A stretch of DNA of 64,000 nt from Pseudanabaenaceae cyanobacterium bins.68 (GCA_033762795.1 JANRLH010000013.1:12172-76171); one strand, 5' to 3'; positions 26,780 to 37,235 are shown, counted from the stretch's first letter. Numbers and translations are program-made. The notes: generated from the letters alone by a model not told the origin.

Positions 26780-29035
26780 ATGACTAGCGCGGCCTGGCTT
26801 CTTCTTTGCATTGCCTTTATTGGCGGAGGGTTTGCCCAGAATTGGTGGGAAAGGCTAGTTTTACTGTTCCTAGTTGCGATCGCTGCCCTGGTCACAGGTC
26901 TGGCAGGTAGGAGGTCAGGCAGCGCAACACCTAAGTGGTGGTTATGGCTATTGATGGCGGCCCTGGCGACCGCTTCGTCTCTATACCTAGAGTGGCGCAT
27001 TCCAATTGAACAAAGTACGGATATTGCCAGGTTTGCCCCCCTCGCGCGGGCAGTTGTCACTGGCAAGGTGACTAGTAATGTGACTACCACCCGCAGTGGT
27101 AGGGCCAAATTTAACCTAGAAGTAACCAAGCTCAAAAGTGCCCCCGATCGGCAGGTGACTGGCAGTTTGTATGTGACCGTCGCACTCCCTCAAGCTACTG
27201 GATTGCGCCCAGGTCAAGAGCTAGAGTTGCGAGGCTCGCTCTATCGACCCAGCGCCGCTAAGAATCCAGGCGGCTTTGACTTCAAAGCATATTTGGGCAG
27301 ACAGGGAATTTTTGCGGGTCTAACGGCTCAGCAAGTCAAATTTATCGGTGATCCGCCTCGGTTTGGGGGGTGGTGGATCAGGCAGCGGATGGCTGAGGCT
27401 CATGTTTTGGGAGCAGGAGTACCCCATGGTAGCCTTTTGAGTGCGCTGATTTTGGGTAATCGGGCGGTGGATTTACCCAATGATGTCAAAGATACCTTTG
27501 TGCGGGTGGGGTTGGCAGCCGCCTTGGCAGCTTCGGGATTTCAGGTGTCTTTAATTTTAGGATCGGTGTTGCTAGTGTGCCGCAGTTTATCCCCTTGGCA
27601 ACAGTTTGGCATTGGAATGGCGGCATTATGCTTGTTTCTATTGCTGACCGGGGTAAGCCCTTCGGTGTTGCGGGCGGTGGTGATGGGGACGGGCACTCTG
27701 GTTGGCGGCGTGATTGGCCGTAAGAGCAGACCAATTTTGGGTTTAGCGATCGCCGCAGTGATTCTGTTGATTTATCAACCCCTCTGGCTCTATGACTTGG
27801 GGTTTCAGTTTAGTTTTTTGGCTACCCTGGGGCTGCTGGTGGCAGCTACTCCGATTCAGGAATATTTTAGTTTTCTGCCCCCAATCTTGGCTGCTGCCCT
27901 ATCAATTCCGATCGCTGCCTATGTTTGGACTTTACCCCTGCAACTGTTTGTCTTTGGCAAGGTTAGCCCCTACAGCATTTTGGCAAATGTGCTAACTACC
28001 CCTTTGGTCTCCTTTGCCACGATTGGCGGCGTGATTAGTGGCATTTTAGGCGTGATCTTTGTGCCCCTAGGGGCTTTGGCTACCTGGCTATTATTTTTTG
28101 CCTTGGTACTGATTATTGCGATCGCCCGCATGATTGAGAGCTTACCTGGCGCCGTGAGTAGCTTGGGGACAATTGCCCTCTGGCAGTTGCTTATTGCCTA
28201 TGGCCTATTGGTGGGGGTGGCAGCGATCCCTGGCTTACAACGGCAAAGACGCTGGATACCAGTGATGGCGGCGATGATAATCATCCTGTTTGTGCCAGGG
28301 ATTGTCGAGCGACAACAGCTTTCGCGCTTGACCATCCTAGCGATTGAAGATCTACCCTTGATGCTAATTCAAGATCAGGGTAAAAATATCCTGATCAATA
28401 GCGGCAAGCGCCAGACAGCCGAGTTTACGGTTTTACCACTATTGCAGCGAGAAGGCATTAATCAGCTTGATTTAGCGATCGCTACTGGTAGTCAAATAAC
28501 CGATGGTTGGCAGAGAATTAGCCAGCAGGGGATCAAAATTCAGCGTTTGGTGCTTAGCCCTAACACTAAGCTGAGTGCTGCTAACCGTGAGCTAGAGCAG
28601 AGGGGTACGGAGATTAGCCCCCTGAATCAGGCTGAGGTGTTAAACCCCAGCGCCAATTTTGCGGTGGAATTGATCAGTAAAACTCCTACGGCGATCGCAA
28701 TTACTACCGGTTCTAGCCGTTGGCTGTTTTTGGATCATGCTGACCTCCAAGCTCAAAACCAGCTATTGCAACAGCCAGGGCTGCTGACCAAGCTACCCGC
28801 TCAATACCTGTGGTCAAATAATCTGGAACTGTCTTCCCGTTTGCTGCAAGTGGTTAAGCCCGAGGCCCTGATCAGTTCCCGTACTAATTTACCAGAGCCA
28901 TTACTTGATCGCTTGCAGTCGGCTAATGTGCGCCTCTACTGGACAGCTAGAGATGGGGCGCTAGAATGGTCGGCAGCTACCCAGTTGCGATCGCTACGGG
29001 AAGCCGAAGATACCGCCTCGCCTTTGGGATTCTAG
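26780..29035 (+). CDS. comEC: DNA internalization competence protein ComEC/Rec2
   Basis: N-terminal DUF4131-like region (NPGGFDFKAYLGRQGIFAGL), a polytopic competence domain, and a C-terminal metallo-beta-lactamase-like region, 751 aa. Confidence 0.88.
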   Translation: MTSAAWLLLCIAFIGGGFAQNWWERLVLLFLVAIAALVTGLAGRRSGSATPKWWLWLLMAALATASSLYLEWRIPIEQSTDIARFAPLARAVVTGKVTSNVTTTRSGRAKFNLEVTKLKSAPDRQVTGSLYVTVALPQATGLRPGQELELRGSLYRPSAAKNPGGFDFKAYLGRQGIFAGLTAQQVKFIGDPPRFGGWWIRQRMAEAHVLGAGVPHGSLLSALILGNRAVDLPNDVKDTFVRVGLAAALAASGFQVSLILGSVLLVCRSLSPWQQFGIGMAALCLFLLLTGVSPSVLRAVVMGTGTLVGGVIGRKSRPILGLAIAAVILLIYQPLWLYDLGFQFSFLATLGLLVAATPIQEYFSFLPPILAAALSIPIAAYVWTLPLQLFVFGKVSPYSILANVLTTPLVSFATIGGVISGILGVIFVPLGALATWLLFFALVLIIAIARMIESLPGAVSSLGTIALWQLLIAYGLLVGVAAIPGLQRQRRWIPVMAAMIIILFVPGIVERQQLSRLTILAIEDLPLMLIQDQGKNILINSGKRQTAEFTVLPLLQREGINQLDLAIATGSQITDGWQRISQQGIKIQRLVLSPNTKLSAANRELEQRGTEISPLNQAEVLNPSANFAVELISKTPTAIAITTGSSRWLFLDHADLQAQNQLLQQPGLLTKLPAQYLWSNNLELSSRLLQVVKPEALISSRTNLPEPLLDRLQSANVRLYWTARDGALEWSAATQLRSLREAEDTASPLGF

Positions 29036-29050
29036 GCTTTGCACAATACC

Positions 29051-29158
29051 AGGATGATTTTGCCAAACCCAACGTTTAAAACCATACGGGGGGCTGCGCC
29101 CCTAACCCCCGCCATCCTTCACATATGCAACACCGGATTTTAGGGATATAATCATCCT
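29051..29158. repeat. 108-bp element bounded by AGGATGATT / AATCATCCT inverted termini with a central GC hairpin
   Basis: Read directly. The termini are perfect 9-bp inverted repeats and the centre contains GGGGC-TGC-GCCCC. Related GC-hairpin motifs occur at 12638..12652 and 4630..4646. Confidence 0.45.
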
Positions 29159-29185
29159 AATTCTCAACAAAACTTTACTTAAGCC

Positions 29186-29824
29186 ATGGAGCTATTTTCC
29201 TTAGACAACCTAGAGCAGTTAGCTCACCAGTACGGCTATTGGCTGGTGTTTGGGGGAATTATGCTCGAAAATGCTGGCATTCCACTACCTGGCGAAACCA
29301 TTACCCTGGTGGGTGGCTTTTTAGCGGGTACGGGCGAGCTAGTCTATACCTACGTTTTGGTGGCGGCGATCGCTGGTGCGATTTTGGGAGATAACTGCGG
29401 CTACTGGCTAGGGCGCTGGGGTGGGATCAATCTGCTAGAAAAAATTGGCAAACTGTTTCACCTACCCGCCGATGAATTGCTGAAGGCCAGAGATAAATTC
29501 AGCGCCAATGCCGATCGCGCCGTATTTTTTGGCAGATTTATTACACTACTACGAATTTTCGCTGGCCCCTTGGCAGGAATGGCAGCAATGCCCTATGGTC
29601 GATTTTTGTTGTTCAATAGTTTGGGCGCGATCGCCTGGGCGAGTCTGATGGTGAGTCTAGCCTTTGGGGCGGGCAAGTTTGCCGGCAGTTTTATTCCCTT
29701 ACCCCTACTCTCTTCCCTGTTGGCAGCTACTGGACTGGTAGCCCTAGGGGGAGTGTTAATTTGGTATGTGCTGATTCCCCTGGGACAAAATTTTTGGCGC
29801 CGCCGCCAGACCACCCATGAATAG
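29186..29824 (+). CDS. DedA-family membrane protein
   Basis: YGYWLVFGGIMLENAGIPLPGETI.. and FFGRFITLLRIFAGPLAG are DedA/SNARE-associated motifs, 212 aa. Confidence 0.88.
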   Translation: MELFSLDNLEQLAHQYGYWLVFGGIMLENAGIPLPGETITLVGGFLAGTGELVYTYVLVAAIAGAILGDNCGYWLGRWGGINLLEKIGKLFHLPADELLKARDKFSANADRAVFFGRFITLLRIFAGPLAGMAAMPYGRFLLFNSLGAIAWASLMVSLAFGAGKFAGSFIPLPLLSSLLAATGLVALGGVLIWYVLIPLGQNFWRRRQTTHE

Positions 29825-31355
29825 GATAATTTATGCCACTCTCGCCCCAGTTCTAGGCAATATTCTGGGGAGTAATCTGAGCGGTCAGCCTAGCTTAGCT
29901 AGCCCAACCCTTAACCCAATTTTAGAAATCGGCATCGTGCAAAGATTTGGCGAAAAGCCCCAAGATCAGATCACTCTCAGGGCCTTGCCAGGCGATCGCT
30001 TATACCTAAAATTTGGCAAAACCAGCCTGACGGCAGAACAGATCACCCTCAGCCTCAGCCGTACCCCCCTGGCTAGCCCTGAGACGGTTGAGAAACTGAT
30101 TTTAAGCAATCATCGCAGTTTTGAAAATGCGGCTGCCAGTGCTTTTCGCCTCAAGGAGAAAGGAGTTGCTACCGAAATTGCCCAACCTAGACGCTGGCAA
30201 GTATGGGCACAGCGGGATCGCTTTGCGACTCCCCTCAGCCAACATCTTTTACTCTTGGGATTGCAGGGCAAAGGCTATGTCCAGGTTCAGCCGCGAACCC
30301 ATCTTACTCAAGTCACCTGGCAAGTGGCAGGAAATCGCTACCAGGGCGATCGCTTGGGAATTAGCAGTGGGCGGGGGGTAATTCAGGTAAACAATCGACC
30401 CTACGGCGGCAGTTTGCGCGTGCAGCCCAATGCCCACGACAGTTTTACCTTGGTCAACCTCGTTCCCCTAGAAACCTATCTGCGTGGGGTAGTGCCCCAT
30501 GAAATTGGCTACCAAGCCCCATTTGCGGCGGTGCAAGCCCAAGCCGTCCTTGCCCGTACCTATGCCCTAGCCAGCCGCCACCGATTTAAAGTGGATCAAT
30601 ACGAACTCTGTGCTACTACCCAATGTCAGGTTTATCGCGGCCTAGAGCAAACTACCACCACGGCCGACCAAGCGATTACTTCCACCAAGGCACAGGTATT
30701 GACCTACCAGGAGCGGGTGATTGATGCCCTCTATTCCTCCAACACCGGCGGAGTGACCGCCAACTACAATGACCTATGGGATGGGGAACCCCGTCCCTAC
30801 CTGCAGTCAGTGTTTGATACCGTAAATAATCCCCTGCCCCCTCAGCAACGGGACTTGAGCCAAGCGGAGAATCTACGCACTTTTTTACAACTGCGCCAGG
30901 GGTTCAACGAACAGCAGTGGCGCACCTTCCGTTGGCAAAAATCCAGCACCCTGGCAGAAATCACCCAAGGTCTCCAAGAATTTCTCCGCCTGTCGGGCGA
31001 TCGCGCCACCAAGCTCAAACAGGTAAAGTCCCTTACTGTGAAACAACGGGCTAAATCAGGGCGAGTCTTGCAGCTAGAGGTTGAAACTGACGCTGGGATG
31101 CTGACAATTGAAAAAGATGAAATCATTGATGCTTTTTTAGCCCCCAACAGCACATTTTTTGAACTCCAGCCTATCTTGGGCGCAGATGCCACTCTCCAGG
31201 GCTATAGCTTTAGCGGTGGCGGCTTGGGGCATGGGGTAGGCATGAGCCAAACGGGTTCTTACTATTTAGCGGGTTTAGGCTGGGATTTTGCTCGAATTTT
31301 GCGGTTTTATTACTCAGGCGTGAAACTCCAAAAACTGCGTCCAGGGATGTGGTAA
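29817..31355 (+). CDS. SpoIID/LytB-domain protein (amidase-enhancer family)
   Basis: LETYLRGVVPHEIG..QAVLARTYAL..YSSNTGGVTANYNDLW..GHGVGMSQTGSYYLA. Its start overlaps the DedA stop (ATGA). Confidence 0.85.
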   Translation: MNRIIYATLAPVLGNILGSNLSGQPSLASPTLNPILEIGIVQRFGEKPQDQITLRALPGDRLYLKFGKTSLTAEQITLSLSRTPLASPETVEKLILSNHRSFENAAASAFRLKEKGVATEIAQPRRWQVWAQRDRFATPLSQHLLLLGLQGKGYVQVQPRTHLTQVTWQVAGNRYQGDRLGISSGRGVIQVNNRPYGGSLRVQPNAHDSFTLVNLVPLETYLRGVVPHEIGYQAPFAAVQAQAVLARTYALASRHRFKVDQYELCATTQCQVYRGLEQTTTTADQAITSTKAQVLTYQERVIDALYSSNTGGVTANYNDLWDGEPRPYLQSVFDTVNNPLPPQQRDLSQAENLRTFLQLRQGFNEQQWRTFRWQKSSTLAEITQGLQEFLRLSGDRATKLKQVKSLTVKQRAKSGRVLQLEVETDAGMLTIEKDEIIDAFLAPNSTFFELQPILGADATLQGYSFSGGGLGHGVGMSQTGSYYLAGLGWDFARILRFYYSGVKLQKLRPGMW

Positions 31356-31387
31356 CTTGACGGTTGGTTACTACAAGATTTTTCACC

Positions 31388-32020
31388 ATGTTGACCGTTG
31401 CGATTCCCAAAGGGGCTTTATTGGCCGAGGCGATTAGTCTGTTGCAGTCGGTGGGGTTAGATTTTTCGCGGTTTCAAGATCCTAGCAATCGGCTGTTGCA
31501 GATTACTGATCCCCAGGGAAAAGCCGCTGCTCTGTTGGTGCGTTCTCAGGATGTGCCTGTGTATGTAGAGTATGGTCAAGCCCAGCTAGGGATTGTCGGC
31601 GATGATGTGCTACGAGAAAAACAGGCAAAGGTCGCTAATCTAGTCGATCTGGGCTTTGGTGCCTGTCGGATGTCGATCGCTGTTCCCCAGCATAGCCCCT
31701 ACCAATCGGCTTTAGAATTGCCGCCCCACTGTCGCATTGCCTCCAAGTATGTCAACTGTGCCCGCACCTATTTTCAGAGCATTGATCTACCTGTAGAAAT
31801 TATTCCGCTCTACGGCTCGGTGGAACTAGCGCCAATTACCGGCATGGCTGAAGCGATCGTCGATCTAGTTTCCACAGGGCGCACCCTGCGGGACAATGGC
31901 CTAGTCGAAACCGATGTGTTATTTCAGAGTACCGCCCATTTGATTGCCCACCCTTTGAGCTATCGACTCAATCGCGATCGCTTGAATGATTGGGTAGCAC
32001 AACTGCGACCCCGTCCTTGA
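31388..32020 (+). CDS. hisG: ATP phosphoribosyltransferase, short form
   Basis: The ORF track starts at TTG 31364. ATG 31388 gives the canonical [19 protein letters not shown].. N-terminus. Also [28 protein letters not shown]. Confidence 0.9.
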   Translation: MLTVAIPKGALLAEAISLLQSVGLDFSRFQDPSNRLLQITDPQGKAAALLVRSQDVPVYVEYGQAQLGIVGDDVLREKQAKVANLVDLGFGACRMSIAVPQHSPYQSALELPPHCRIASKYVNCARTYFQSIDLPVEIIPLYGSVELAPITGMAEAIVDLVSTGRTLRDNGLVETDVLFQSTAHLIAHPLSYRLNRDRLNDWVAQLRPRP

Positions 32021-32696
32021 CTAGGTGTTGGTCGATCGCGGCAATACATTGATCTACAGGAGCCGCCGCCGCCATAGCTAGCACCAAGGCTTCAAAGGCG
32101 AGGCGTTGACTACGAAGTAAGCTTTTTGCTCGAATCATTGCCCAGCGCTGTTCTACAGCGGGATTAGCCAGAGTAGCGATCGCCTGTTGCAGTTGGGCCA
32201 AATCTTGACTACTCCCTGGAGATGCCTGGGTGGCAGGTAAAAAAATCTGCTCGGCGGCCAACCCTGCTAGCCATACGGTGCAGCACTGGCGTAAAAGTTC
32301 TAGTTGATTTAATTGACTAGCCCCTAAATCTACTTCAACTCCCCCTAGCATCCCCACATGGGGTGACGGCTGATCCGCCAGATAATAATGCAGTACCCGC
32401 ATACCCAATAGGTGTGCCACCAAAAAATGCCCTGCCTCATGGATTAAGATGCGGTGATTGTCCACTTCGGGATTGCCGCCCAGCCAATTTTGTAGCTTTG
32501 CCGTCAGTTTGCCGCCGCCTACTCCCTGATCTAGACCATAGCTAGCTAAAATCATCACCGCCGCCGTCACAGGTACCCAGGCAGAAATTTGCCAAACGGA
32601 GCCAAGCAGGGCAGTGAGCGTAAACAGGAATATGCTGATCGCGATCGCGCTCAAACTAGACTCAGGCATAGGCTTTAGAAAATATTGCTGATGCAA
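31968..32696 (-). CDS. Membrane protein with FtsH-like (M41-type) zinc-peptidase domain only
   Basis: N-terminal TM segments, HEAGH zinc motif ([16 protein letters not shown]) and downstream [10 protein letters not shown], as in the M41 peptidase module. No AAA domain, 242 aa. Confidence 0.65.
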   Translation of the reverse strand: MHQQYFLKPMPESSLSAIAISIFLFTLTALLGSVWQISAWVPVTAAVMILASYGLDQGVGGGKLTAKLQNWLGGNPEVDNHRILIHEAGHFLVAHLLGMRVLHYYLADQPSPHVGMLGGVEVDLGASQLNQLELLRQCCTVWLAGLAAEQIFLPATQASPGSSQDLAQLQQAIATLANPAVEQRWAMIRAKSLLRSQRLAFEALVLAMAAAAPVDQCIAAIDQHLVKDGVAVVLPNHSSDRD

Positions 32697-32702
32697 AAGC
32701 AG

Positions 32703-33197
32703 TTAACTTGGATACCAGAACATCCCCTTGATCCCTTCTGGATCTGGGACAAAACCCAACTGATAATAAAACTCTACAACATGGGCATCGGCAAACAGGC
32801 TGATATTGCTGATATCTAGCCGCCGCAATTCACTCACAATCTCTTCCATGAGAGCCTTGCCTAAACCGCGCCCTTGGTAGTCTGGATGCACCACCACATC
32901 CCACAGGGTAGCATTGAAAGCATGATCTGAGGTGGCACGGGCAAAGCCGATCAGACGTTGATAGGAGCCTTTGATTTCCCAGAGGGAGATCACCACAAAA
33001 CTATACTCCAGAGCTTTGCGCACTTTACGGATCGGACGGCGCGCCCAACCTACGGCATCACAGAGTTCTTCCAGTTCGTAGAGATCAATGTCGCGATCGC
33101 TACTGAAATAGATGTGGTCACCTTGGTTGGGAACTAGGCGAAATTTCGCCCCAATACTGGACTGGGCGCTATTAAATAAGCTTTGCCAAAAACCCAT
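32703..33197 (-). CDS. GNAT-family N-acetyltransferase
   Basis: Acetyl-CoA motif [21 protein letters not shown], 164 aa. Confidence 0.85.
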   Translation of the reverse strand: MGFWQSLFNSAQSSIGAKFRLVPNQGDHIYFSSDRDIDLYELEELCDAVGWARRPIRKVRKALEYSFVVISLWEIKGSYQRLIGFARATSDHAFNATLWDVVVHPDYQGRGLGKALMEEIVSELRRLDISNISLFADAHVVEFYYQLGFVPDPEGIKGMFWYPS

Positions 33198-33462
33198 TGA
33201 AATTGTCTACAGCCCCTGATCTAATTGCTTAAATGAGATGATTTCTTTTGCTAGCTTGTTCGAGCTTAGTGATTTTTTGCTCAGATCAAGCTTAGCTTTA
33301 CTGCTGGGAAAAAGCACTAGACTTTGTGCATATACCTTACAATACTGTTTCGGCATCCTAAACACAACTTCGGGATCACCTGGATGATTCCGTATGGCTG
33401 GTTGGCGGCCAATGAATGATTGGAAAAGCAGTGAATCTAAATCAACGAAAGATAAAAGTTCT

Positions 33463-33969
33463 ATGAAACATACCCTCTCAGTGCTAGTTGAGGATGCCTC
33501 AGGGGTGCTGACCCGGATTGCGGGACTATTTGCGCGGCGGGGATTTAATATTGAGAGCCTAGCAGTTGGCAAATCTGAAGATCAAAGATTTTCGCGGATT
33601 ACGCTGGTGGTGTCTGACGATGGGCAGGTGATTGAGCAGGTGATCAAGCAACTAGATCGCTTAATTAATGTGATTCAAGTGGAAGACCTCACTAGCTGTC
33701 CGGCGGTAGAGCGGGAGTTGATGTTGATCAAGCTGAATGCAGAGGCGAGTCAGAGATCGGAAATTCTGGAAATTGTCCAGATCTTTCGCGCCAAGGTGGT
33801 GGATGTGGCAGACGACTTCTTGACCATTGAGGTGGTGGGAGATCCTGGCAAGATGGTGGCAATTGTGAATATGGTGAGTAAATTTGGCATTTGTGCGATC
33901 GCGCGCACGGGCAGAATAGCCTTGACACGGGAGTCGGGTGTGAACACTGCATCCTTAAAATCCGCATAA
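33463..33969 (+). CDS. ilvN: Acetolactate synthase small (regulatory) subunit
   Basis: The ORF track starts at 33394. ATG 33463 gives the canonical [36 protein letters not shown] (ACT domain). Confidence 0.9.
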   Translation: MKHTLSVLVEDASGVLTRIAGLFARRGFNIESLAVGKSEDQRFSRITLVVSDDGQVIEQVIKQLDRLINVIQVEDLTSCPAVERELMLIKLNAEASQRSEILEIVQIFRAKVVDVADDFLTIEVVGDPGKMVAIVNMVSKFGICAIARTGRIALTRESGVNTASLKSA

Positions 33970-33973
33970 ACCC

Positions 33974-35581
33974 ATGGGTGATCGCCGATTCTTCAGAGGT
34001 TTTTTGGTGGCGGTGATCGTCTTAGGCATTGGCTTGAGGTGGTTTGAGCTAGATCGCAAGCTCCTATGGCATGACGAGGTTTACACCCAGTTTCGGGCGG
34101 CAGGTTTTAGCCGGAAGCAGATTGACCAGCAACTGTTTCAAAACCGCCTAGTGCTGCCCCAGGAGTTACAGAGCTTTTTGCAGCTTAAGCCCAACTCTAC
34201 CGAACAGGACACGATCGCTTCTTTAATCCAAGAAGATCCCCAGCATCCGCCTTTATATTTTTTAATGGCACGCTCTTGGCTAGAGTGGTTCGGTGGCAGT
34301 ATTGCCGTCGCCCGCTTGTTACCAGCTTTGCTGAGCCTGTTGACTTTGCCTTTGATGTTTGGCTGGGCCTGGGAATTGTTTGCCGAAGAATTAGAGGTAG
34401 ATTTAATTGGGCTGTTGGCGATGGCTTTGGTGGCAATTTCTCCCTTTGATCTGTTATTTGCCCAAACTGCCCGCCAGTATAGTCTGCTAACGGCGGCGGT
34501 GGTAGGTAGTAGCTATCTGTTAATCCGATCGCTGCGCTGGGGGATCTGGCAAAACTGGCTGCTATACCTGTCTAGTATTACCCTGGGGTTTTATACCCAT
34601 CCCTTTTTTGGCTTAACCCTGGCGGCTCAGATTGTCTTTGTGGTTTGGCGCAGTCCCAGAACTGGGCTTAAGGGGGTTGGGAGCGCGATCGCTGCCGCTC
34701 TGGTGTTATACAGCCCTTGGATTTTGGTACTGGCGGTCAAATCCCAGCAGGCGCTAGCCACTACCGATTGGGCGCGAGTACCAGTGGGCATCGACTACTT
34801 AGCTAAACTTTGGCTGCTAAGTTTTACGGCGATTTTTTTTGATCTAGATTTTGGCTTCCATAATCCCTGGACTTTCCTGGTGCGGCTGCCCTATCTGCTC
34901 TTGATCCTGGTGAGCTTCTACGCCCTGATTCGCCGCAGTCCCCGTTCTAGCTGGCAATTTCTGCTGGTTTCTTGGTTGGTGCCCTTTGGTTTGCTGGCGC
35001 TCCCAGATTTGCTCCTAGGGGGTAAACGCTCCGCCGTCAGTCGTTATTTGATCTCGACCTTGCCTGCCATCCAGTTAGCGATCGCTTACTTTTTGATTAC
35101 TTGGCAGCCCAACCTGGTGGCACTGGCTCAACCTCGATTAGCTGGGTGGCAGCGACTCTGGCTCAATGCTTGGCGCTTAAAACCGTGGATTTTATCGGTA
35201 ATTATTACGGGTGCAGTGGTTTCCTGTGGCGCAAGTGCTTTGGCGAACACCTGGTGGTCAAAGGACTTGAGCTATCACAATGGTTTAACTGCCCAAAATA
35301 TTCCACCTGGAGCAGTGGTGATCAGCGATCGCGGCCCTGATTTTACTAATACTGGCGATTTGATCTCCCTCAGCTTTCTAGTGCCACCAAATACCCAGTT
35401 TTATTTAACTAAAGACCCGGCTGATTTTGAGGCGATCGCCACCTTGGAGCCGCGCCAATTTTATCTATTCCGTCCCACCACCCAGCTAAAGCAGGCGTTT
35501 GAACAGCGGTTCGGTGAGCTAGAGCGGGTAATTTTAGAAGAGCGGTTATGGCGAGCCAGGTTAAAACTGGGAAATGCCTAA
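33974..35581 (+). CDS. GT39/ArnT-like polytopic glycosyltransferase
   Basis: 535-aa multi-TM ORF with the N-terminal loop motif WHDEVYT and a PMT_2-like hydrophobic pattern. Confidence 0.75.
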   Translation: MGDRRFFRGFLVAVIVLGIGLRWFELDRKLLWHDEVYTQFRAAGFSRKQIDQQLFQNRLVLPQELQSFLQLKPNSTEQDTIASLIQEDPQHPPLYFLMARSWLEWFGGSIAVARLLPALLSLLTLPLMFGWAWELFAEELEVDLIGLLAMALVAISPFDLLFAQTARQYSLLTAAVVGSSYLLIRSLRWGIWQNWLLYLSSITLGFYTHPFFGLTLAAQIVFVVWRSPRTGLKGVGSAIAAALVLYSPWILVLAVKSQQALATTDWARVPVGIDYLAKLWLLSFTAIFFDLDFGFHNPWTFLVRLPYLLLILVSFYALIRRSPRSSWQFLLVSWLVPFGLLALPDLLLGGKRSAVSRYLISTLPAIQLAIAYFLITWQPNLVALAQPRLAGWQRLWLNAWRLKPWILSVIITGAVVSCGASALANTWWSKDLSYHNGLTAQNIPPGAVVISDRGPDFTNTGDLISLSFLVPPNTQFYLTKDPADFEAIATLEPRQFYLFRPTTQLKQAFEQRFGELERVILEERLWRARLKLGNA

Positions 35582-35618
35582 AGCTATGATTTATGGTGGG
35601 ATGAATATTTAGAACCAT

Positions 35619-37235
35619 ATGACAACTTCGGATTCGGCCTGGCAACAACTGAAACGACGGGAAATTTCCTTAGAAACTGCCTTGAATCTGTTAATTGATA
35701 CTAGGGGCAACCTGGCATTGGATCTAATCGATAAAGAGTTAGCTAGCCAGTTTCAGCGCCAAGTGGGGAGCCACGATTTCCACGTAGTACCGCTACTGCT
35801 CTGGCAAGGCAAATACTATCTTGCTAGTCCTACGCCGCTGAATAGCCAGGAATTAAAAACTATCAGCGATCGCACCCACACATCCGTAGAAACGATCGCG
35901 ATCGCCAAAAAAAGTTATCGTGACTGGCTGCGTCAAAAAAGCCTCAACCTTGAGGTGATTAGCGATGAAGTCTTATCTACCCCCTTCGATGATGACATCG
36001 AACCAGAAGACATTAGCGAACTAGCTGGGGCTGAGCTATCTAAAGCTTCCGATCAACGCAGTCGGATTAACGTAATTATTTCTAACGCCCTGCGTAGCCG
36101 TGCCAGTGATATTCACCTAGAGCCAGATGTAGACGGCTTGAGACTGCGTTACCGCATTGATGGGGTATTGCGGGACATTGCCAAACTGCCAATCGAGTTT
36201 AGCCGCAAGGTAATTGTCTCCACTAAAGTGATGTGCGACATGGATATCTCGGAAAGTCGCCGCCCCCAAGATGGCAGAATTGGTCGCAACTATAGCTCTA
36301 AGGATGCCACCGAAAAGCTGGATATGCGGGTGAGTACCTTACCCTGTATGGGTGGGGAAAAAATTGTAATTCGCTTACTGCCCCAAAATAATCCTTTTAA
36401 TGAGGTGAAGGATTTGGGCTTCACGCCCCGCACCCTCGGAATTTATCAAAGCTGGCTGAATCAACCCCAAGGACTAATTATTTTTACCGGACCTACTGGT
36501 TCAGGTAAAACCAGTACCCTCTATACCAGCTTGCAAAAAGTCTCAACTGAGCGCGTGAATGTGGTCACGGTTGAAGATCCCGTAGAGTATATCCTGCCCC
36601 ACATTACCCAAACCCAGGTCAACGAGTTGGCAGGTATGACCTTTGCCGCCGGCCTACGGGCAATTTTGCGCCAAGATCCAGACATCATTATGGTGGGAGA
36701 AATTCGTGATCCAGAAACAGCCGAAACCGCAGTAAGGGCTGCCCTTACAGGTCACTTGGTCTTAACCACTATGCACACTAACGATGCGGCTGGTGCGATT
36801 CCCCGCCTGCGAGATATCGGGCCTGATCCAGGTTTGATCTGTGATGCTCTGCTGGGAGTGGTAGCCCAACGCCTAGTCCGCAAGATTTGTCCGCACTGTG
36901 CGCAGCCCTATACCCCTGCGGAGGCAGAATTACAGCTTTTGGGCTTGAAGCAAGGGGATACGGATCTCAGCAACTGGCGGCGGGGTGCGGGCTGTGCTAA
37001 ATGCCTGAATAGCGGCTATTTGGGCAGGGAGGCAGTGGTAGAGTTACTGGAAGTGAATGATCGGGTGCGTCAGATCATTTACGAAGGCTCGATGGTGGAA
37101 ATGCAGAAATATCTGAGCCAAGCAGATTTTAATTCTTTTCGATTGGCAGCGATCGACAAAGTGAGCAGAGGAGTGACTACTGTGGAAGAACTGCGCCGAG
37201 TTCTGCCCTATAGTGCCTTACATTCTCGGTTTTAG
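35619..37235 (+). CDS. GspE/PilB-family type II/IV secretion ATPase
   Basis: One T2SSE_N-like N-domain, Walker A GPTGSGKTS, Asp box, Walker B IIMVGEIRD, His box TGHLVLTTMHTNDA, tetra-Cys CPHC..CAKC, 538 aa. Confidence 0.9.
   Translation: MTTSDSAWQQLKRREISLETALNLLIDTRGNLALDLIDKELASQFQRQVGSHDFHVVPLLLWQGKYYLASPTPLNSQELKTISDRTHTSVETIAIAKKSYRDWLRQKSLNLEVISDEVLSTPFDDDIEPEDISELAGAELSKASDQRSRINVIISNALRSRASDIHLEPDVDGLRLRYRIDGVLRDIAKLPIEFSRKVIVSTKVMCDMDISESRRPQDGRIGRNYSSKDATEKLDMRVSTLPCMGGEKIVIRLLPQNNPFNEVKDLGFTPRTLGIYQSWLNQPQGLIIFTGPTGSGKTSTLYTSLQKVSTERVNVVTVEDPVEYILPHITQTQVNELAGMTFAAGLRAILRQDPDIIMVGEIRDPETAETAVRAALTGHLVLTTMHTNDAAGAIPRLRDIGPDPGLICDALLGVVAQRLVRKICPHCAQPYTPAEAELQLLGLKQGDTDLSNWRRGAGCAKCLNSGYLGREAVVELLEVNDRVRQIIYEGSMVEMQKYLSQADFNSFRLAAIDKVSRGVTTVEELRRVLPYSALHSRF

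Noticed and set aside
33207-33572. 121-aa minus-strand ORF spanning the GNAT-ilvN intergenic region.
   Set aside because: Its N-terminal third is antisense to the conserved ilvN start region, and the rest runs through AT-rich spacer. It has no motifs, so it is most likely a chance ORF.
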